A DNA stretch of 58,957 nucleotides, the filler included, from Sphacelaria rigidula (Eukaryota), in assembly GCA_964200075.2 (NCBI GenBank). It is 2 parts of 2 records of this genome, joined end to end, with 100 filler letters (N's around TTAATTAATTAA, not from the genome) between each part and the next. Parts side by side here need not be neighbours in the genome. Positions count along the whole stretch, not along the records: positions 1 to 29,446 come from CAXNAA020000081.1; positions 29,547 to 58,957 come from CAXNAA020000082.1. One strand, 5' to 3'. Made by a program: the position numbers and the translations under genes. Within the stretch, counting starts at the first letter, position 1. Every line of letters begins with the position of its first letter. The notes beneath the pieces were generated by a model. The model ran no database searches. It worked only from the letters and a program-made list of their open reading frames with translations, and was not told where the DNA came from. Of the stretch, positions 27,801-35,234 are shown in pieces.

Positions 27801-29284
27801 CCAACACTCACCCCGCAAACGACGGGTTCTTGTGTCGAGTACCCGAGGCCTCGGTTAAACCGCCACGCGGTAGTCGTGTGGGGTAGGCGCCTCAAGCGCT
27901 CAGAAAGTTTTGCTCGTGGTAGTGTGGGATTTGTACTATGATACTCAAAACCTCCCGTCAACTTGACGTGGTGCACGCAGCGTCCTACTCTTACTCTTGT
28001 CAGCTTCGGACCCAGGTGGTGTCGAGTGTCCTCAAGAGTCTCCTCAAGCCAACAACTGTTGGGACACCACCTACCCGCCGAACTAGATGGTTTTGAGTCT
28101 ATTATTAGAGCTCAGAAATGGTTTGCTAATCATTAACCAGTTGAATGGTCACGCGTAGCGCACTCATTAACCAGTTAAATGACACATACTGATTTGGTCA
28201 TCGAGCGGCGCAGCCGCGAGCCAAAAAGCCTTCCCTGGAAGAGGGATACCCGCGAGAGGCGCCCCCGGAGGGCCCCGCCGTGCGGGAGGCACATTTTTAC
28301 ACGATTTGGCTTCACGGGAGCTAAAAAAATACGTTAAATTCGGGCCAATTTTCAAGGGCTGCATGTAGCATACGTAGCCGGTAACGGGTTATAAAGCCGG
28401 TAGCGATAACTAATGGTTTCACACCATTATCCAATTTTTTCAAATAATCAGTTCCATTATTACTATCATAATGATAATGGCCAGTTATAACTGGTACCAT
28501 TCCCGAGCTCTCTCTATTATAGTTGTTATCCGAACCCTTCCGGTCGAGAATACGCAGAAGGAATGAATACTCTGCTAGATTGATTTCGGCAAGTCCGAGC
28601 AACACTCGTTTCTCTTCAAGCTCAACGAGGAATGGATACACCGATCTTTGCGCCTGTTGATGCTCCTGCTTTGATGGGTTTCCGTCGTGTATTGGTTGCC
28701 TTGGTTACGTCTATCTTGTCGTTATCCGTAGGTGGATAATAACAACATATGATCAATAGTCGCAATAGGCAAGTAATACACTGCGTAAAATGTAGGCCTG
28801 TCGCAACTATTGACCATATGCTGTCCAAGATGTTTGGTGGATCGATGAAGTTGCGATAATTGATCTCAATCGGTGGGTAGACGCGTATGCTTCTGAGTGT
28901 ATATGTATATATTTTCGTCGCCTTTATCGTAACACTGTTGTACTGTATCGCAAGCGTTTTTTAGCTTGTTGCTTTTTGCTTTTTTGCGGGCTGTAGATAC
29001 ATGCAGTGGTTCAATCAATTTATCATGACCCTGCTCAAGTTGGAATGAAGGTTCATACAGGTTGTGAAAACCCCTGTGTGTGTGTTTCTTTGTCTGCTCT
29101 GACTTTTCAATATGTTCCCACGAGTGTGCTTCGCGTGTTTGTGTGTGTGTGTCGTTGATGATGCTGTTTCGCTCGATGGTCTGGGTTTTTCCAGGAATTT
29201 TTCGATAACGCGCAAGGGGGCATGACTCGATTGGAGGGCACGCACGAGCTCTTCGCGGTCAGCGTCGAGTGGGAAAGGCAAAAG
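764..29284 (+). CDS. HSPA12: HSPA12-type (HSP70-12 subfamily) atypical heat shock 70 protein, multi-exon, 3'-truncated at the assembly gap
   Basis: Exons 764-889, 17421-17617, 21842-21968, 25441-25578, 26247-26336, 26969-27121, 29195-29284. All introns are GT-AG with compatible phases (0,2,0,0,0,0), giving 307 codons. Motifs: AIDLGTS (phosphate-1), KT-x-T-xx-L, GFG-x-[39 protein letters not shown] (phosphate-2), CGGAWGS-x-VD-x-F. There is an in-frame TAA just upstream of the ATG at 764. Confidence 0.9.
3196..3430. mobile_element. MITE with TIR CAGCTCATGAGCTACCTG; partial copy at ~22670-22760
   Basis: Terminal inverted repeat CAGCTCATGAGCTACCTG / CAGGTAGTTCATGAGCTG. Confidence 0.65.
4213..4740. 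mobile_element. Foldback element with ~200-bp inverted arms; second copy at ~24080-24480
   Basis: TTTTTGGCCCTTCTCC...GGAATGACTTGCTCTACT is mirrored by AGTAGAGCAAGTGATTCC...GGAGAAGGGCCAAAAA. Confidence 0.8.
6335..6944. mobile_element. Tc1/mariner (Stowaway-like) MITE, related copy
   Basis: TA|CTTCCGCTGTG..AAGTAAAGG and CCTTTACTT..CACAGAGGAAG|TA. Confidence 0.75.
8683..8994. mobile_element. hAT-like MITE
   Basis: TIR CAGGGTTGAAAAAGTT / AACTTTTCCAACCCTG; 8-bp TSD GTGCACAC / GTGCATAC. Confidence 0.85.
9085..9689. mobile_element. Tc1/mariner (Stowaway-like) MITE
   Basis: TA-flanked TIR CTTCCTCCAAC..AGTAAAGTGCGTTATG / CATAACGCACTTTACT..GTTGGAGGAAG; internal similarity to 6335-6944. Confidence 0.8.
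10411..11031. repeat. Tandem pair of ~290-bp palindromic units; homologous pair at ~18680-19430
   Basis: Each unit TTTCGATGAAATTTTGACACGATG.ACAGGACGTATGTGCG ... CACATAC.TCCTGTACATC.T.TCAAAATTTCATCGAAAA. Confidence 0.85.
11424..11815 (+). mobile_element. Second tRNA-like SINE family (B); related copies at ~38291-38590 and ~38820-38990
   Basis: Shared CCGCGCCCCGGTGG...GTCCGACTGT...GGGTGGAGAG.ATGTGG.TT.GATT.CCG head and collinear body. Confidence 0.6.
14180..14527 (-). mobile_element. tRNA-derived SINE, family A
   Basis: The reverse complement aligns along its length with 42228-42600. Confidence 0.85.
15035..15403. mobile_element. piggyBac-like MITE
   Basis: TTAA|CCCTTTTGAAACC ... GGTTCCAAAAGGG|TTGA. 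Confidence 0.65.
15597..15870. mobile_element. Palindromic MITE; inverted copy at ~20325-20590
   Basis: TTGGTATGGACAATG..GGTACC..CATGAGTTGAGGGCA and its mirror occur at both loci. Confidence 0.7.
17421..17617 (+). CDS. HSPA12-like exon 2 ([12 protein letters not shown]...[12 protein letters not shown])
   Basis: CAG acceptor, CG|GTACGT donor (phase 2); KT-x-T, GFG and FKM-x-L motifs. Confidence 0.88.
17640..17800 (-). mobile_element. Retroposon 3' end with (CAAT/CAAC)n tail; copies at ~22305-22480 (-) and ~45840-45905 (+)
   Basis: Shared CTTCAACTGA..CCCAGGGGTCCAGCCGTG next to GATTG repeats. Confidence 0.6.
18680..19430. repeat. Tandem pair of palindromic units (family of 10411-11031)
   Basis: Same arms and the same ATRTGGAG.TG.ACCAG spacer. 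Confidence 0.75.
19500..20322 (-). mobile_element. 5'-truncated RTE-clade LINE RT fragment (same family as 46530-50820)
   Basis: [31 protein letters not shown]; frameshifts and stops. Confidence 0.92.
21842..21968 (+). CDS. HSPA12-like exon 3 ([11 protein letters not shown]...[13 protein letters not shown])
   Basis: Long pyrimidine tract plus TAG acceptor; phase-2 start completes an Arg codon from exon 2; GTGAGT donor. Confidence 0.88.
22046..22069. repeat. (TA)n microsatellite
   Basis: Direct reading. Confidence 0.9.
24080..24480. mobile_element. Foldback element (family of 4213-4740)
   Basis: Same inverted arms. Confidence 0.75.
25441..25578 (+). CDS. HSPA12-like exon 4 ([21 protein letters not shown]...DMQ)
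   Basis: TVPAIW motif; CAG acceptor; CAG|GT donor. Confidence 0.92.
25997..26132. mobile_element. ~135-bp MITE (TIR ACACCCTGGACAA); other copies at ~4790-4925, ~17044-17180 and ~27287-27412
   Basis: Four dispersed copies with CACCCTGGACA / TGTCCAGGGTG-like ends and a shared TTGCAATA-type core. Confidence 0.75.
26247..26336 (+). CDS. HSPA12-like exon 5 ([12 protein letters not shown]...GDK)
   Basis: LEPEAA motif; CAG acceptor; AAG|GTGCGC donor. Confidence 0.92.
26882..26926. repeat. Compound (TTG)n(CTG)n microsatellite just upstream of HSPA12-like exon 6
   Basis: Direct reading. Confidence 0.9.
26969..27121 (+). CDS. HSPA12-like exon 6 ([14 protein letters not shown]...FKSFLQ)
   Basis: Phosphate-2 motif DCGGGT and GGAWGS. 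Confidence 0.93.
27241..27740 (+). mobile_element. Diverged SINE family A copy interrupted by a ~130-bp MITE (~27287-27412)
   Basis: Head GCCCCGGTGGTTCATTTGG; the MITE sits between the A and B boxes; body CAAGCACCGCAGAAGG. Confidence 0.7.
29195..29284 (+). CDS. HSPA12-like exon 7 (EFFDNAQGG...EWERQK)
   Basis: CAG acceptor, AAG|GTGACA donor, 90 nt in frame; E-xx-K motif at the expected position. Confidence 0.8.
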
Positions 29285-29446
29285 GTGACAACATGCTGTG
29301 GTATGAAATATGAGGGATGTAAAGGACAGACCACTGGGGTTCCCTGTGGTTGTTACACACACCCCCTCCCCCCCCCTCTGGAAGTGGCGATACCCCAGAA
29401 AAAAGCAACTTATTGTAGGCTGTCATCCGAATGCCAGATAATCAGT

Positions 29447-29546
29447 NNNNNNNNNNNNNNNNNNNNNNNNNNNNNNNNNNNNNNNNNNNNTTAATTAATT
29501 AANNNNNNNNNNNNNNNNNNNNNNNNNNNNNNNNNNNNNNNNNNNN
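29447..29546. other. Artificial contig-joining spacer (N44-TTAATTAATTAA-N44)
   Basis: Exactly 100 bp, symmetric, with a 12-mer that gives stops in all six frames. Confidence 0.95.
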
Positions 29547-31836
29547 CATCCCTTTCGAGACGGAGCACCGTTCCTACTCCTAATAGAGACACCTCCAACT
29601 TTGGGAACCCTCCCCTTCCGTCCCGGTATCAGACGCCTCATTATTCCAAGCCTTGACAATGAAGAAAAGATGGGAACACAAAAGACCTATAACAACCATT
29701 TCAAGGCAAAAAGGTGCAGAAGAATCCACCAGCATACGTCATGCGCGCACAAAAAATGTCACCCGGGTGCGGTCGGACTAATTCTGTCCAATGAGGGGAA
29801 CCCAACGGGTCGAGTGTGTTCGAGTGCGTGCACACAGCCAAAATCAGCACTTGCGTGCCTGAACTCTGTACAAACAAAAAATCGGCACCACCTGTCTTTT
29901 CTCTATATACTGAGTGCCGTGTTCCACTGTGGCATTTTCTGTACGGGTCTGAAAATACGCCTCGGGCTAATAGTTTTGGGTGGAATCTATAGAAACTCCA
30001 CCATATGTCGTTCAAAAAATAGCACCTCGAAATCCACGCTTTTCCATCGCTAGCACCCAAAGGGTTCAAGCAATGGAGGATACGCTGCTCGGGGTGTCGC
30101 ACTCATGTCAAATGTACTTTTCGGAGTCAATAAGTGTGGGTGGTTGAGGCCCCGAGTCCACTTGAAATAACAGAGACGATACGTAGTTTTTGTCTTTGTA
30201 TTTTTGTATTGATGTGTTTGGTATATTTGCTCGAACTGACTTGATGGACCGAGGTCTCATGTATTGCACTTATGATTGTGCTGCTCAGCTACGTCAACTA
30301 TACATCGAAATAGTGCATACAATCGCTGCAATGGCAACCATTTTTCGGCCTGGTTCCACCTGCATCCATACAAGCGAGCAAATTTGCTGGGCCACACTAT
30401 CGTAGATGTCGCCATACATTGTGATGCATCACAATGGGACGAGCACAAGGCATGCACCGTGTTCACGATAAATGGAGCCACCCAAACAAGCTTTCAAGTA
30501 GTCAAACTTGTTCACAGGCCCTGGAAAATTCAAGAAAAAAAAAGGTGACCGAAAACATAGGCGACCGAAAATATCTTTTTCGGTCCGCCAAGGGAGGAAG
30601 GGGGTGAGGGCGTTGCGGTCCCGGATTTTGTCCTCACCATGCTCCCCGCTTGTTTTTGCTTTTCCGAGCGCGATAAATCCGAAGTTTGAAATGGATGGAG
30701 AATCGAAGGTAAGTAGGTCGGCATAAAGAATAATGGTGGGTGGGGGTCCTGTCAATTTTTCGGCGAGTTACCGGCGAACTACGTGTCAAAGTTTCAGGTC
30801 TCAACTCGAAGAATTGAACTTGGCGTGGCGATAAGGCAAATCCCCGCTTCCTTGGTTGTCTTGGCTGGTGTCATGACTGTCGTGACTCAAGGGTCGAACA
30901 TGGGAATTGCTAGATGTATATCGTCATGACTCTACTCTGCTCTACTGTACTGTGTCCTTGTGCTTCATCACTATCGTAGATCCGTTGTTCTCTGTTTCCT
31001 ATTTCTCTCCCCACCACCCTCTATTTGTTTCTTTCCTCCCAGTGTATACAAGTCGCAATTTGATCTCTCGCTTTTCAAGGGTTCGTCGGTGAGAGCTCAC
31101 ACCCAAAATGGTGTGGCCGAAATGGCTGCGCTATCTGTTCCCACGGCTTATTTGTCTTCGTTTCGGTATGAGTGCATGTGCATGTGTTTTTGAGCTACAC
31201 CTTTCTCACCTGAAGACGTGTTGCACCAGCCGGCAATTTCTATTTGTCTTTACTTGTCTTCGCTTTTGGTTTCGTGATTTTTTCCAATCTACTGTCTTTT
31301 CTACCTTTCTATTCTATTGATGATTTTCGAGCGAGCCTTTCCGTTTTGGTCACCTTGGGTACGTCTATCTGGTGGATAATGGATAATGACCGTGGCTGGG
31401 TCATGACTACCTCGGGGATCAGGTTCATGATGTGTGAATTTATCATCTCCTTGCTTGCTCTTCTTGAGATGGGGTGGCTCGTTTTACGCTGAGATAAAAG
31501 CGCTTACTGTTCAGCAAATATCGACTCTGCACTTGTTCAAACAGCCTACCTCACTTCTGCGTTCGCTTTCATGGAGTTTCAGGGTTTCCATGTTTCGGGT
31601 AGGAGGAACACGTGAGCGAAGGCACCGTCACATGACCCAAGTGTTGGACTTGACTGATAATGGCCGAGACAGTGCTTGACGAAGTCCATAAGATAAAGTC
31701 AGCCGTTCGGACTGCGAATCTACCCCGCGGAACAACGGTATATTCACCCTCACCACCAGTCACATGCGCAGGTTGGGGGTGTACAGTAGCCTGGAGATGT
31801 GACCAATTTAATCTTTCAAGCCGTTGCTGTTTGCAG

Positions 31837-32752
31837 GGCACAAGGCTTACTGTTGGAGGTGACCAGATGGATGTCACTGACTCTGGAGTGACCGCGACGT
31901 CGCTTGTGCTGAGGAACTTGTATCGACGGCACCTCCACCCGGCGTCTCTGTTCGCATGTCTTTTATCGAATGTAAGTACCACGGTAGGCAGAGCTGTGTA
32001 CGAGGGTATTCATACTGTACCACGACTTCATGTATTTTTCTGTTCCTTTTTTGTTGAGATATCGTGAGCTGTCGTGCTATCAACAGGGTGGATACATTGG
32101 ACCCTGAAATGCCAGTGTCTTAGTCTATAGCAGAATCGCATGTGGAAGGCTTATCCTTCCTTGGTTGGCCTTAGCTGCTGTCCTCACATATCTCCATGTT
32201 GCCTATGTTTGTGAGTCCACAGTCAGAGTCAGTAAACAGTCAGGGTCAGTAAACACCCTACTCTGCGTGAAGCACAAAATACGGGTTGACGGATAACATT
32301 TCCCGCTGCGCCCTGTGTGCCACACCGACGCCGACTAGATTGGGTTCGATTCTGGAGTGCTGCTCGACTGGCTCATCTCTCCGGAAACAAGCTTCCTGCA
32401 GTACCTCACCCTCTTCCTGCGTCAAGCGGCCATCGAGTGGTCTGATTTCGCAACGCGTATGTCTGGCGTGAGCTTATCTTTGGACGAGCAAGGTGACAGC
32501 GGTGACGCGACTGCAAGCGGAGATGATGACGAGTTAATCCTTTCAGAAGAGCAGGCGGAACGGCTGGCTAGGGTGATCTCGTGTTTGTCTGGGTTAGCGG
32601 CTAGTGTGAGGGGCCTGCAGAGTAGTAGACTTCTGCCGTATAATCCCGCGCCTCTTTTGAGGCGAATTGATGAGATGGTGGAGTTGTACGAGCAGTGCGG
32701 CGATGCTGATGAATGTGATATCAGCAGCGATTGCGACATGAGTGACGGATAG
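31837..32752 (+). CDS. LINS1: Protein Lines homolog (LINS1-like), last two exons; 5' part not identified
   Basis: Exons 31837-31971 and 32339-32752 (phase 0, GTAAGT donor). The spliced sequence HPASLFACLLSN|IGFDSGVLLDWLISPETSFLQYL...W-x-DF matches the Lines NPH...IGFD..VLLDFLIS.ET.FL.Y block as I recall it. The terminal L...L....LLPYNPAPLLRRI matches the Lines_C motif. Confidence 0.88.
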
Positions 32753-32923
32753 CGCCGTTGTGTAGATGCATTGTCAGTGGTGAGAATGTTGTTGCAAAAG
32801 TTGGAGAAAAGTGCAGTCAGGCAACATGAGGTAACGTTGCACGAAAAACATCACACGTCGGCCATGACCTTTCCACACATTAACCCCTTTTCACCTCGGA
32901 GAGGTGCAGGAAAAACGATACGG

Positions 32924-34700
32924 CTACTTTTCTTGTAGTGGTGCCCGTGCTTTCATCTCCCTGTTGCTGACGTCGGAAATTAGGACTGACAACGAGTAAC
33001 GGCTCCTCGGCCTTCCGTGAACCCCGACAAACAAGGTGCTTGGCTTCTTGCCCAGAAAATCTTCGGCGTAGGTTGGCAAGCTCAGGTGGTCGTCTCCTGT
33101 TTTGGCAGATATCCAGGTGCTCCCCCTGTACCGTGTGTGGATCCGAGCCGAATACAATACACACGATGGGCGCCACATAGTCGTTATTGAAAGTTGTTGT
33201 TGCGTTCACAACGGAAGGACTGAAGCGGTATACTCTGCCACCAGAGGTGGCGAGGATCGACGAGGAGTCACAAACCAGTGGGTGGCCATGTGTGAATGGG
33301 CGTGGGCGTTTGATTAAAGCTGGAGCACGAGATCTGGGCAAGACTGTGTCCTACGAAAGTAGTTCCGTTTTACGTGGAAGTCGTCATACCTCTCAGCTTG
33401 TGGACTTTGATCTGAGGCGGACACGTACAGGTCAGCCTCGCCCTCTTTGACGTGGAGACGGAGGTCTACTCGGTGATGATGTTCGTGTTGGGAAACACAC
33501 ACCTACGCGTACGGGAAAGACGCGCCAGGTAGAGACGATAGCTCATTTTGGGAGTAATAGGCTCATGACGCGAGTAGTGTACGGCGGTTGACGCCACGCC
33601 CGACCGGTGAATGTTCTAAAAGCTGCTAGAGTAGAGGTTGCGTCAAATATCACGGAAAAGGCAGTGCTGTGTATCTGTTGTGTACACCCGTGATGGTCGT
33701 GTGTATCCTGCAGGTATCCTATTATTAGACTGTGAAACACCCGTACATGGGCCAGGAAAATCCCGACATGCATCATGTCGACCCCACATACCAGTCGGTG
33801 TTGTTGCCCATTGCCTCACTTAGCAATCGTACACAGATACCCTTATACCCGGAGTACTATACCTCGTATATTCAACGTATGTCGGTACAAAATTACTGGG
33901 AGGTCATCGGCACGGAGAGATGGAGAAGGATATATTCACCAGCCTTGCACAAGCCATATGGATTGGGTGCGCAACGCCGTGTCACAGGCATGTCTGCTCT
34001 CACCGTATAATAGACGTACTGAGAGTCGGTAACCACCCCGGACGAAGGGCGCGCAGAGGTCAGCACTTGCCCCGCCAGTGTCGTGGTGACCATGCCCTCC
34101 TCGTCCACCACAAAATGGCAGTCAGTGTTCGACTCCCGTGCGTTCTTTACTTTCACCCCCTTGTCCCGTTTTCGGTGTGTTCTTGTTTGTATCCTCAACA
34201 TTTTGTCTGATACACCGTTAGCTGGTGATCCTGATGATACCAGTGCGTTTCCAAGTTCAGCAGGACCGCCGCGGAGACCTGGCCTCGGCTGCATTACCTC
34301 GGCAGTTTGCCAAACGGGGCAACTCGGTTCGCGTGCAAGATATTATTCGCCACAGACAGACAGATTACACACAGGTTGCAGGGTGGCAAGGACGAGGCCG
34401 CCTCATCAGTAGAAGCAATAATTTTGTGGTCGGGGTCGGTCAACCGCCACCAACTTATTCGGAGAATGAAACAGGTATCAACCAATCGTTCAATGCCCAC
34501 ATTGCAATCGCTCAGCGAGCTTGGGATCCATTCCATACCTCGCTGTTGTGTGACACGACGTTGCTGTGTTGTGTGGGGCAATTGGACACCAACAGCCAAA
34601 TGATCACCAGGGTCGCAGCTCCAGTCCACCAAATATCATAGCCACACAAGAGTCCGCGCTGCTTCCATGACACAGGAGAGGGAGCCGGGGTAGTAGCCAT
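32924..34700 (-). CDS. Uncharacterised membrane-anchored protein (~253 aa) with a C-terminal UPF0669/C6orf120-like or PPC-like beta-sandwich domain
   Basis: Exons 34700-34539, 34288 (or 34297)-34004, 33502-33390, 33125-32924; GT-AG introns, phases 0,0,2. N-terminal hydrophobic segment IWWTGAATLVIIWLLV. Domain YVYYTVCV...VDLRLHVKEGEADLYVSAS...P...WISAKTGDD-x-LSLP...LFVGVHG...YSLSV. Confidence 0.78.
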
Positions 34701-35081
34701 GTAGCCGGGGCCAGAGGTTCAAGGGGTGCACCACCAGCTGATCAAAAGAGCGCTGGAGAGCGATGTTGTACAAGAAAAGCACAAAAATGATATCTAAACG
34801 ATCAGCTTTAGATACTGGAAATGCGTCGCGGCGGATTCGGGAGCAGCACAGCTCCGGTCGTGGCAACAGTACAAAGTTTAATGAGTAATCTACTGAGGTT
34901 GAAATTGTTGTCAAGTTGTGGGTGTGCCAAAACCGGTCGTGGGGTTGGAGTTGAACGTTACCGAAGGATTGGTGTGTACATTTCTTTTTGACAAGCGGGA
35001 CTTGAGAAACGGTCGATCAAAAATGATTCTGAAAGGTAGAAAAAAGGGGTTCGCGCCTCCTGACCCCAAAGATCGATCGGC
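34701..35081. promoter_or_regulatory. Probable bidirectional promoter and 5' UTRs between the divergent membrane-protein gene and PCID2
   Basis: The two start codons are 381 bp apart on opposite strands; I see no recognisable repeat in the interval. Confidence 0.6.
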
Positions 35082-35234
35082 ATGGGGAAGGATTTGAGCA
35101 TGGCTCTGGAACGCTACCTGAAGGCGCTAGACTCTGCATTTCGGAACCACGATGGACCTTCACTAGCTAGATTTTTTAGAGAAAATTTGGGAGATATTCC
35201 GTTCAGCAACGACTTCGTGCCCTATCTTCACCAG
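35082..35234 (+). CDS. PCID2 exon 1 (MGKDLSMALERYL...PYLHQ)
   Basis: YL..L..AF...DG..LA N-terminal pattern; CAG|GTATTA donor. Confidence 0.88.

Noticed and set aside
30650..31170. Candidate upstream Lines exons (30669-30708 and 31080-31165)
   Set aside because: Splice-like signals exist but there are no Lines motifs and the frame is ambiguous.
29195..32752. Apparent HSP70-Lines fusion gene (same strand, phase-0 exons on both sides of the gap)
   Set aside because: The join crosses an artificial spacer and both genes are missing their expected halves, so it is an assembly artefact until long reads say otherwise.
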